Positions 27,559 to 36,300 of a DNA stretch of 58,757 bases are shown one piece after another. The stretch lies in the IMG/VR virus record IMGVR_UViG_3300046697_000245, positions 1-58,757 of that record; one strand, 5' to 3'. Under the pieces are notes generated by a model. It was not told where the DNA came from, ran no database searches, and saw only the letters and a list, made by a program, of their open reading frames with translations. The DNA comes from a virus (taxonomy: Duplodnaviria > Caudoviricetes). The position numbers were made by a program, and so were the translations under genes. Positions within the stretch are counted from its first letter, which is position 1. Each line of letters opens with the position of its first letter.

Positions 27559-30102
27559 TTACTTGGCCGCTAGCTTCACACCTTCGATGGCTGCTTCCAC
27601 AATCTCTTTGCCGGCAGCCACCTGTGCTGTCGCCGTTCCCTTGGTTAAGTTCGGATCAGTCTGCGCCAGTTGCAGCAGCCGTTGAATTGCCGGTCCGGCC
27701 ACCTGCAGCAACTGCTGCATCTCGCCCTGCACTGCCGGGTCAAGCCCCTGTTCGGGAGGCTTGCTGGCCGCCTGTACCGCCTGCTCCCGCTTGGCCTGCG
27801 CCGCCCGCTTGGCCGCGTCCAGATCCCGCGCCTGCTCCAGGTATCGCTGGCAACGCTGCCAGCTTCCATCCAAAGCAGTCTTCATCCCGCTGGCGTGCTC
27901 TTGCAGATACTTCTCGCAAGTTGAAATCGCCTCCGGCAGATTATCGCTCAGGTCCGGCTCAGCCGCCAGCGCCGCCGCTCCGGTCGGGTCGCCATCCTGC
28001 TCGCAGAGTGTGGTCAGGTCGCCCAGCGTCTTATCCCGCTGGCTCTCGGTCGGCGCGGTCATCCCCGGAGCCATGCTGCTGATCATCATCTCCGCGTTGG
28101 CCGGCTCATCCACAATCTGAATTGCCGCCGGGTTCTGGTTGCCTCCACACTCTTTGAAGATCATCTCCATCACCTGCCGCAACTGCTCCGGCGTCGCCGG
28201 CAAGCCCTGGTCCTGGTCATCGGCAAATTCCACATTGCCCATCAGGTCGTCAGCGGTGATTGTGGATGGGGTGAAGGCCCCGCCGCGCGCCTTTTTTACC
28301 TCCCATATTTCCTTGATTGCGCCGACTTTAGCCAGTTTTTGCAGCCAATAATAGATATTGGCGTCAGCCTCGGCCTGCTCTTCCTTGGCCATCCCCCACA
28401 GCCCGCGGAAGACAGCCATAGCCCGCTCCAGCTGCTGCTGCTGGCCGCCCATGGTCGGCACATCTTCCTGCGTCCCTCCACCGCTCAGTTGCGGCGGCAG
28501 CAGCGCCACCAGCATCATCTGAGTGATAATCCGCATCGGGTAATCCCACATCTGCGCATCAATCGGCAGGTCGTAGTGGGCTACGATATTGCCGATGGGC
28601 TGGTCTTTGCCGCCCAAGCTGGTCGGCACCGGCGTCAAGCGGCCGGGCGGCATCTGCCTCTTATTCATCTTGTCGGTGTCGAGGTATCCCGCCGCTGCCA
28701 GATTCAGGCCCGTCGACGAACGGCGGGCATGATCGTCCACTATCTCGTTGGCGCGGTTTAGCGCCATGTTGAAGGGAACAATCCGCTCCGCCGGCGAGGG
28801 CGGATAGGCTCCGTAGCCCTTCATCACCGGGCAGTGCGTCCACTCCTTCACCACCTCCGCCGGCTCAATCTCCGTGGTTGTCTCGCTATAATTCACCATG
28901 CGCAGGCCTTGAGGAAAGGCCTCACGCATTCGGTCGCCAAACTCCAGATCGCCGGTGCGATAGAATGAGCCGGGCTGCATCCACGCCTCGGAGCAGGTCA
29001 CCGTGCCCTGGCTGACGTCCACCGTCTGCGTGCCGCTCGCACTGGAAATCTCCTGGCGGCGCAGCTTTTCCAGCTCCGCCTGCGGGCTGGTCGCCGAGCT
29101 CATTCCTCCGGTAATGGTGTCGGCGACATCGGGGTTCAGCATCTTGGCCTCACCCACATCAATCTCACGATCCCATACCAGAATCGGCGACTCGCTCACT
29201 GTCTCCGCCCAGGGCGCCATGTCCACCCTCATCGGAGTCTCAATCGAGATGCGCACCCCGGCGCGCGGCGTCTGAGTCATCCCTGTCATCTTGAGGCTGG
29301 TGTAGGCGCCCTCGCCCTCGCCGTAGTAGCACTCCGGCCCCAGAGCCGCGGCGCACTGCGGGCAGCTCATCGCCTGTCCCGCGCCCAGCGTCTTCCCGTC
29401 TACGGGCGTTTCCGTGCCGCACTTGGGGCACTTCATGCGAGGTCCAGGATTTACATCGAAGTCGGCATAGGCAGCTTGCTGGTCCCATCCCGCCAGGTCT
29501 CCGCTGGTCACCGCGCGCACATGGCGGAAGTAGCAGCCAAAATCAAATTGAGACTCAAACTGCTTCTGCACCAGCCCGGCTATTTTGTTCCGCTTCTGCA
29601 CAATCCGGATCGCCGTGGCGGCCTTTTTGGCGGAGCGCACATCGGCCGGCTCCCTCCAATTCGTCGGGGTGGGCACAGTCTGCGGCGTCGCGCCCGTCAG
29701 CGTCGTTGTATAGATCATGCAGCTGGCCAGCGTCACGTTGCTGATGAAGGGTTCGAGGTTGGTGTCCTCGCCTTCGTGTTCGCCGCTCTTGCGGTACTCG
29801 GCCAGAGCGTCAATCCAGTTATTGTTTCCCGGATCCCATACAATGTACTGAATCCCCTTGCGAAAGAGCGCGTTACGGCTCCATATCCTGAATCGTTCAA
29901 TCCGGTCCGGACTCCACGATGTTCGGTAAAGCCGCAGGATCTCCAGCAGCTTCCGGCGGTCCTCATCGCTTACCCCAATGTCGGAGAAGTCTTTGGCGTT
30001 GGGTTTCGGTTTTTGCTCCAGCTCGCGGCGCGGGGATGCGGTCGGAAAACTCACTCCGCCCGGCCCGCCCATATTGATTGCACTCGTACCCATGCCGCTC
30101 AC
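27559..30102 (-). CDS. Portal protein with zinc-ribbon insertion
   Basis: 847 aa heading the head module; N..F.KG.QY, D...A..A helix, Gln-rich C-terminal region; CPKC...CPQC insert. Confidence 0.75.
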   Translation of the reverse strand: MSGMGTSAINMGGPGGVSFPTASPRRELEQKPKPNAKDFSDIGVSDEDRRKLLEILRLYRTSWSPDRIERFRIWSRNALFRKGIQYIVWDPGNNNWIDALAEYRKSGEHEGEDTNLEPFISNVTLASCMIYTTTLTGATPQTVPTPTNWREPADVRSAKKAATAIRIVQKRNKIAGLVQKQFESQFDFGCYFRHVRAVTSGDLAGWDQQAAYADFDVNPGPRMKCPKCGTETPVDGKTLGAGQAMSCPQCAAALGPECYYGEGEGAYTSLKMTGMTQTPRAGVRISIETPMRVDMAPWAETVSESPILVWDREIDVGEAKMLNPDVADTITGGMSSATSPQAELEKLRRQEISSASGTQTVDVSQGTVTCSEAWMQPGSFYRTGDLEFGDRMREAFPQGLRMVNYSETTTEIEPAEVVKEWTHCPVMKGYGAYPPSPAERIVPFNMALNRANEIVDDHARRSSTGLNLAAAGYLDTDKMNKRQMPPGRLTPVPTSLGGKDQPIGNIVAHYDLPIDAQMWDYPMRIITQMMLVALLPPQLSGGGTQEDVPTMGGQQQQLERAMAVFRGLWGMAKEEQAEADANIYYWLQKLAKVGAIKEIWEVKKARGGAFTPSTITADDLMGNVEFADDQDQGLPATPEQLRQVMEMIFKECGGNQNPAAIQIVDEPANAEMMISSMAPGMTAPTESQRDKTLGDLTTLCEQDGDPTGAAALAAEPDLSDNLPEAISTCEKYLQEHASGMKTALDGSWQRCQRYLEQARDLDAAKRAAQAKREQAVQAASKPPEQGLDPAVQGEMQQLLQVAGPAIQRLLQLAQTDPNLTKGTATAQVAAGKEIVEAAIEGVKLAAK

Positions 30103-30118
30103 CCTTAGCCCCTGCTCT

Positions 30119-30460
30119 TCAGTTCATCTTCCCCTGCTCAATCGCCCGCCGGCGCACATGTCTGTCACCCCAGGCCAGCACATCGTCTATCGTCACCCTC
30201 AGGTTCTCCGGCTCTGTAACCCTGTCATCCTGAGCGGAGTTCGCAACGGCCAGCGGAGCCGAAGAACCCGCGGTTACAGCCGTGTTTTCCATCTCGCTCC
30301 CAGACTCGGTATAAACAATCCGAAAGCCGCCCTTCTCCGCCAGGCGATTCAGCAGCAGCCGCCGCTCCGTCTCCAGATCGGCGCACCGCTGCTCGATCAA
30401 CCTGTACAGCTTCCGGCTTACCCAAGGCAGTTCCATCGCCAGTCCCTCGCTCACTTCCAC
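30119..30460 (-). CDS. Hypothetical protein with a short coiled coil
   Basis: ORF tightly packed upstream of the portal gene. Confidence 0.6.
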   Translation of the reverse strand: MEVSEGLAMELPWVSRKLYRLIEQRCADLETERRLLLNRLAEKGGFRIVYTESGSEMENTAVTAGSSAPLAVANSAQDDRVTEPENLRVTIDDVLAWGDRHVRRRAIEQGKMN

Positions 30461-30894
30461 TCAGTCAGCAGCACGCCGGTTGCCGTCGCGCCCGCCGAGG
30501 TCAGCAGCAGCACACATGCCCCCGCTGCGCCAAGTCCCTCGCCGTAGCCGGCATGAATCCTCAGCCAGTCGCCCAGCTCAATCGGCTGGTAGGCCTGGCC
30601 TAAGCCGGGCCCCGCAAGCCACTTCTGCAGCACGTTGGGCGTCAGCGCGCCCAGAGCTATCAGCCCCGCCAGCACCTGCGCCGCCGTCGAGCCTTGTGCT
30701 GTGAAATAGTCCATCACCGCCTTTGTGGCAATGCTTGGGTCCACGTAATAGCCCACCAGCCCCTGCCCGAAGCCGGCATTGCTGGGATCCTCCTGCACGG
30801 CAGCGCGCGCGGTCTCGGGAGCAGTCAGATTGATCGCCACAAAGCCGCCATTCAACGCCGGTACAGTAATCTTCGTTACCTTCGGATTGACCAT
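30451..30894 (-). CDS. Hypothetical protein (147 aa)
   Basis: SD GGAGG before MVNPKV. Confidence 0.6.
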   Translation of the reverse strand: MVNPKVTKITVPALNGGFVAINLTAPETARAAVQEDPSNAGFGQGLVGYYVDPSIATKAVMDYFTAQGSTAAQVLAGLIALGALTPNVLQKWLAGPGLGQAYQPIELGDWLRIHAGYGEGLGAAGACVLLLTSAGATATGVLLTEWK

Positions 30895-30904
30895 CGCACC
30901 CTCC

Positions 30905-31324
30905 TCAACTCTTCCACCAAATAACCTCTTGCGCGCGCCGCGCCACCAGGCCCGGCAAAATCTTTCCCTTCGCATACACCCAGCGCGGCAACTGCTCCGG
31001 AACCTGATCGATGCCATGCCTCAGCATCGTGCGCAGCCTGTAGATCCCCAGGTTGTAAATGAAGCTGGTCAGCGCGTCATACTGGCCTTGCGTCCAGCAT
31101 CCCAGCGCCGTCACCTGAGCCTCAAATCCGGCAATGTCCTTATCAAAAAGCGTTTCCGCATCAATCGCGGTGATTCCGTTCACGTAGAGGCCGCTTTCAA
31201 CCTCCGCGCCAGTGAGCTTATGGCCATAGCCGATGGTGGGGTTGCCGTTCGCGTCCAGGTAGATTCCGGTGCGCAAACCCTCCCACTCCATAATCATTGC
31301 CCGGCATGTTTCGCTCGACTGCAT
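30905..31324 (-). CDS. Endolysin, GH24 phage lysozyme
   Basis: EG....Y.D..G..TIGYGH triad; Q.QYDAL.SF.YNLG; LPGLVARRAQE. Confidence 0.95.
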   Translation of the reverse strand: MQSSETCRAMIMEWEGLRTGIYLDANGNPTIGYGHKLTGAEVESGLYVNGITAIDAETLFDKDIAGFEAQVTALGCWTQGQYDALTSFIYNLGIYRLRTMLRHGIDQVPEQLPRWVYAKGKILPGLVARRAQEVIWWKS

Positions 31325-31506
31325 CTTCCACTCCTGTTAAATTGCGCGGCCTCCTGTTTCTCAGGGGCGGCTCATTCTATGGTTGGGCCTAAGCCCGCCG
31401 CGCAAACTATGCCCTTCCCCCACGCCGGGCCAGCGTTTACAGCTAACGCGGGTGCGTTAGGCGGGGGTGCGCGGGCCGGATTGGTTACCGGCACCGCGCA
31501 TACTGG

Positions 31507-31602
31507 TTAGGTGGCCTTGCTCACTCCAGTCAGCTTCGCCACAAGCGACGCTACAGGAGCGAGGATTCGTTGCCACCACTTCAACTTAGGTTGATCCGCC
31601 AT
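31507..31602 (-). CDS. 31-aa cationic amphipathic peptide
   Basis: Manual translation MADQPKLKWWQRILAPVASLVAKLTGVSKAT; overlaps the end of the upstream gene. Confidence 0.5.
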   Translation of the reverse strand: MADQPKLKWWQRILAPVASLVAKLTGVSKAT

Positions 31603-31843
31603 GTAACCCCATTGGACCACTGAACTTGAACGTCTTGGCCGCGTCTGCAATCTCTTTCACCGCATCAGCGATCTCTTGACCATTACCAGCCAAAGCACAC
31701 TCCGCCATTGGAACTGAGGAACTGATAGCTTTCATTGCAGTTGTAATCGCGTCCGCTGCCTCGCCGATCTTCTCCACCGTCGCTGTCAACTGAGTAACCA
31801 GCGCAGCCAGGTCTGCATCGGTGATGGTGATCTGACTAGCCAC
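31586..31843 (-). CDS. Ala-rich helical protein in the lysis block
   Basis: ORF starts 3 bp after the previous stop. Confidence 0.6.
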   Translation of the reverse strand: MASQITITDADLAALVTQLTATVEKIGEAADAITTAMKAISSSVPMAECALAGNGQEIADAVKEIADAAKTFKFSGPMGLHGGST

Positions 31844-31846
31844 AGG

Positions 31847-32281
31847 TTAGACCTTTGCAGCGGGAGCGCCCGCCGTGCCGGTGATGGCTGTGGCAGCAGC
31901 TTTGGCAGCGGTGATCTCTGCTTCAAGCTCGGCAAACCACGCCTTAGCCTCGGCCACAACTGCTTCCGCTACGAGCACAACCTTGACTCCTGCGCCTGCC
32001 GGCAACGCCGATTCCGCAGTCTTTACGATGGCCTGGAACTCAGCGTTGGTGAAGTCCAAAGTCTTGTTGAGGGCGCCGACAAGTTCCGCGCCCAGGTTCG
32101 CAAAAGCCGCTACTTCCGGCCCGACAGGGCCAAGGAACGGAGCCATGCTTGCGCCGTCCGTGAGCAGCTTTTCGATGGTGGGAGCTTCCGTGTCAACGAA
32201 CACGGCGGCTTTGTTCAAATTGCCCAATACGAAGGCCAGCACGATGCCGCCCCAATGCTTGATAGTTGTGAAAAACTTCAT
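31847..32281 (-). CDS. Ala-rich amphipathic/membrane protein in the lysis block
   Basis: SD AGGAG; hydrophobic N-terminal segment. Confidence 0.7.
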   Translation of the reverse strand: MKFFTTIKHWGGIVLAFVLGNLNKAAVFVDTEAPTIEKLLTDGASMAPFLGPVGPEVAAFANLGAELVGALNKTLDFTNAEFQAIVKTAESALPAGAGVKVVLVAEAVVAEAKAWFAELEAEITAAKAAATAITGTAGAPAAKV

Positions 32282-32322
32282 TTTGCGTCTCCTGTATTGC
32301 GGTTGTGCGCCGGTGCGCGGGG

Positions 32323-32646
32323 TTACTTCGTTGTGGCCGCGTCTACCTCTGCGGCTGTGGGAGCGATAGCCGGGTTCTTGTCGCTCCTGATAAAGTTCGC
32401 CGTCGCCAGCGTGCCCGCTGCCGAACTGGAGTGGCTGTAGTTGCGCCAGAGAATCACGCCAGCCACGATGTTAGCCGCCAGCACTCCGACCTTCGTCACG
32501 ATCATCGGATAGCCAACGAGGAGGGTTGCGATGTAGTCTCGCAAGGCCGGCGACTTGGTGTACGCAAAGGCGAAGACTATGATTGCCCCGCCGACGGTGT
32601 GTGTAGTGATGTTCTTCGATCTGAACCACGCTTCGATTTTGTTCAT
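32323..32646 (-). CDS. Putative holin
   Basis: 107 aa, two or three hydrophobic segments, upstream of the endolysin. Confidence 0.55.
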   Translation of the reverse strand: MNKIEAWFRSKNITTHTVGGAIIVFAFAYTKSPALRDYIATLLVGYPMIVTKVGVLAANIVAGVILWRNYSHSSSAAGTLATANFIRSDKNPAIAPTAAEVDAATTK

Positions 32647-33095
32647 GGTATCCTCTCCTTCTTCAGGGATGGTGAGTGGCCGCCTTCGCGGGTGGCGTGG
32701 TTAGGTTTCGCCCAGTAGTTGAGTTCGTTCCTGCTCTGCGGCTGGGAGTAGTGATAGTAAATGTCCTGCGAAGTTCCCGGCCCCACGTCTGGAATGTGGA
32801 GCTTGAAGAGAACCTTCCCCATATTTACGTCTGTTCGATCCTGCATCATTTCCAGCCGGTCAAGTTTCTTCTTTATTTCTGTCTGAGCTTCCGAAAGAGA
32901 CGTAAGCGATTCAGCCCAAAGAGTTCCTTGCGTGGCTTGGTTCTGCTCGATCTTGCTGATTCGGCCCAAAATGCTGTACGTGAAACTTGAGATCGAAATA
33001 GCAACGAGAACCAGACCGGCAAAAAGAATCCTTGCGGCCTTGATCGCAACAGGCAGAGGAACCTCAATATCCTTAATGTCGGTCATCTCATCCAT
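32643..33095 (-). CDS. Single-TM protein with coiled coil, lysis-associated
   Basis: TM at aa ~22-43, then heptads; ATGA coupling to the putative holin. Confidence 0.65.
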   Translation of the reverse strand: MDEMTDIKDIEVPLPVAIKAARILFAGLVLVAISISSFTYSILGRISKIEQNQATQGTLWAESLTSLSEAQTEIKKKLDRLEMMQDRTDVNMGKVLFKLHIPDVGPGTSQDIYYHYSQPQSRNELNYWAKPNHATREGGHSPSLKKERIP

Positions 33096-33158
33096 CTCCG
33101 TCTCCTTTGTGCGTCCCGGCCATTACTGCCGAACCCGCGTTTGTGTTCCAACTGCCGG

Positions 33159-33278
33159 CTACTTCCAAGTCCTGCAACTCGTATGCCAGATCAAGAGCCG
33201 TCTTCTCCAGACGCGGCGGAACTTCCAAAGCATTCCGGCTATCGCCAGAACCATGCCTATCGCTTCCCACTTCCACAT
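33159..33278 (-). CDS. 39-aa Trp/Arg-rich membrane peptide
   Basis: Manual translation MWKWEAIGMVLAIAGMLWKFRRVWRRRLLIWHTSCRTWK; G-rich SD-like sequence upstream. Confidence 0.45.
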   Translation of the reverse strand: MWKWEAIGMVLAIAGMLWKFRRVWRRRLLIWHTSCRTWK

Positions 33279-33301
33279 CCCCTGCCCCCGTTCCGCTTGC
33301 G

Positions 33302-36300
33302 CTACGGCACTGTGCTGCGTTCAAACAACACGTAATTCGTGCTGAGGGTGACGCTAGAAGAGCCTGTAAGCGTCACAGCAGACCATCCGCCAGCATACAT
33401 ATTGCTCGTCGGCAAACTTCCGATTGTTACGCCTGTGCCGCAAACTTCAACTCCGGGATTCCCAATATACCAGTGCATCTTGGTCCCGTCACTGTAAAGC
33501 GAAAGCATAGTCCATGCGAGTGTCGCCGCAGTACCACTGTCTGTGTAGGTTGAGCCGTACTGGCAGTACCAGTCATTCGGCACTCCATTTGCGCTGGATA
33601 GATAGAATCCTATCGCGGTCGTCCACGGATTCGCCGTGATCACGTGAACCAACCCCGCCTGATACGCTGAGGCGGTTGTACCCGGTAGTACAGAAGGATA
33701 TACAGCCGTTGACCATCTGTAAGCCGGAGCCGTGTTGAGCGAAGCGATGCTGTTAATACTGCCGTAGTAGGACGCCTCGCCTGCCCCTGACACTGTCCCA
33801 CTTGTCAATAGACAGTTCCCTGGATGGTTTGCGTCCAGGTTAGTCACCGATTGTGCAAATGCGTTCCCTGTTGGCGATCCTATAGGGGTTGCACCCACAA
33901 TGACACAGGTAAAAAAGTGGTCATCCAGCAGAGCCGTCGGACCACCCAAACTGCCGCTGTTAGGGAAGAACCCCGGCGCGTACTCAGGGTTGGTATATTT
34001 ATTTGAGCTTGCGGCTAGTTCCGGCACCTTTGTTGTATCCACGTTCACCGTGACTGTCCCAGTCGTCCCCCCCCCCGTTAAGTCGGTTCCCGCGGTGACG
34101 CCTGTGATCGTACCACCGCCTGCAAGCGCAGCGCAGCCAGTTGCGTTTCCGTTCGCCGAGATTCCCGTAGGCGCATAGCCTGTCGAGCAGGTTGACGGCG
34201 CAGCAGCCAGAGCCGTCGCTGTCGCGATATTCCCACCACTCGCGTTAATTAACTTCCCAGTAGAATCTGTCCCTAGAATTGTTGTAGAAACCGGCACAAC
34301 CAGCGGAGACGCTTGCGGAAAATATTGCTTAATCAACTGCGCGTAGGTGATGACTCTGACCGCGCCGCCCTTAGACGCGATATAAGCCATCAGCGAAGTG
34401 AAGTCGGCGGTATCCCACTGCTGTCCGTTTGTTGGCGTGGTCACAATGTCATGGAATATCATTGGGACAATCGAGTTAGTTGCTATGCCAGCATCCACGC
34501 AGGCTTCCGCCGCTGCAAGCGTGGTTTGAGTGGGTGGACCATCTATTCCACACGCTGGCATATTGTACTGGTAGCTTGTGGGATCAAATAGGTATGGAAC
34601 AGCCGTGTTATATAAAGAGGTCGTAGAGCGGGCAAGGTAAAAATACTTCGCCACTTCTTGCTCCACCACCGGATTATATGACCCTTGCGGGTAAGCGATT
34701 GAGCGGCTTCGATTCAGGTTATCAACATCATCCATAGCGAAGCACGCCCGTAGCTCCGCGTCGATGATAGCCGCTGGCAAGTACGCCAGAGCCGCATGAC
34801 TCTCAGTGTGGCATCCAATGTCCCATCCAAAATCATTCTGTAAAGATTTCAACTGGGCGCTGGTCATATAGCTTGCCTTGTTAATCATCGAGGTTATAGC
34901 AAAAGCGGTCGCCGGAAAGTTGTAGGGATACATCAGCGGTCTTACAGTACTCCAAACAGATTCATAAGCGTCATCAAAGGAGATGAGGATGGTCGCCTGA
35001 TTGTTTGGATTTGCAACCGCGTATAGTCCACCGAAACTGACGTTTACCACCGTTCCCGCTGTGCTGGTGGTTCCAACCCTGAATTTTGTTATTGTTGCCA
35101 GATTCGGAGAGCCAGTTTGAGAAAAGTAAGCTATCGGCAACGTAATAGAGTTCCAGCCATTAAACAGTGTTGAGGCTTGCAAATTCACCGGATTCGGAGA
35201 AGCAGCGTAATAGTTAGACCCATCCGTGAAGATGTAGCAACTAAGCTGTCCTAAATTCGCCACATTGTCTACGTAAAAATCTATTCGGATTCCCACGGTC
35301 CCAGCAAGACTAAGAGAGACCGTCTTATCCATCCTGGAAACAACAGCATTTGTGCTGGTGACTTTAATAGTCTGATTCCCGTTGAGAGTATTCACTGTAT
35401 CGTTTACGGGTGCGGTTCCGGTTGCCGTCACCCATTCCGTTCCGGCGCCCCCCTCAAAGAGAGACAGGACTGTACGATTCGCGGTGGAGAGTGGGCTGCT
35501 GCTTGCGGTGTGGAGCGTGTAATCTGTAGCTGTCGGTAGCTGGGTTGTTCCCACGTTCAGCGTGTCAGTAGTTATGTTGCCGCCGTTCAACAGGTTCAAA
35601 GCTACGCTAGATACAACTCCAGTCATTCCGCTATAACCGCCCGGAAGAATCTCAAAATCAGATGTATCGGCGCAGGTGATCGAAGAGGTCTGCGCGGTTA
35701 CTGTTCCTAAGACGACATTGGGAAATTCTACTCCACACTGAGACACAATGAGTGTCCCACTCGTCGCCGTCGCTGTCAAAACAAGCTGCACGCGATTCCC
35801 CGGCACTTGCAATGTCGGCGCATGGTAAGTGAGCGGGCCTGCTGTCGGAGTGCCTGTGGAGAGAGTAATGGTGCCATTTCCACCGCATGTCCAGCTTGTT
35901 CCCAATGTCCAGCCAGTGCAGGAATTGTCTATAGTTCCCACTGTCGAAGCAACCTGCGTATCCATTGCCAGAGAGCTTTGCATCGTCTGCGGAGTGGTCA
36001 GCACAGAGGATACCCCGCCCAGGTTTGCCAGCGCCACAGCCGCCGTAGTAGCGCCCGTGCCGCCGTTGGCTACGGTAAGCGGGTTACCTAAACTCAACCC
36101 CTCCATCTTCATTGACTTCGAAGCATCGCCGAGAGCCGAGCCGTCGCCCACGTTGATGTAGTTATTCGTACTGTCGATGGAGAAGCATACAGCAGGCATG
36201 GCTTGTGAGTTTTCTCCGCCTGATGCTGGATTCCAGCAAAGCGGACGTGTGCCGGGAAGCAAATCAGAAACCGGATATGGAGGTACGTTATATCCAAACA

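Noticed and set aside
33088-33324. 78-aa ORF from the track
   Set aside because: TTG start inside the fibre gene and featureless sequence. The 39-aa alternative frame looks more gene-like, though both are uncertain.
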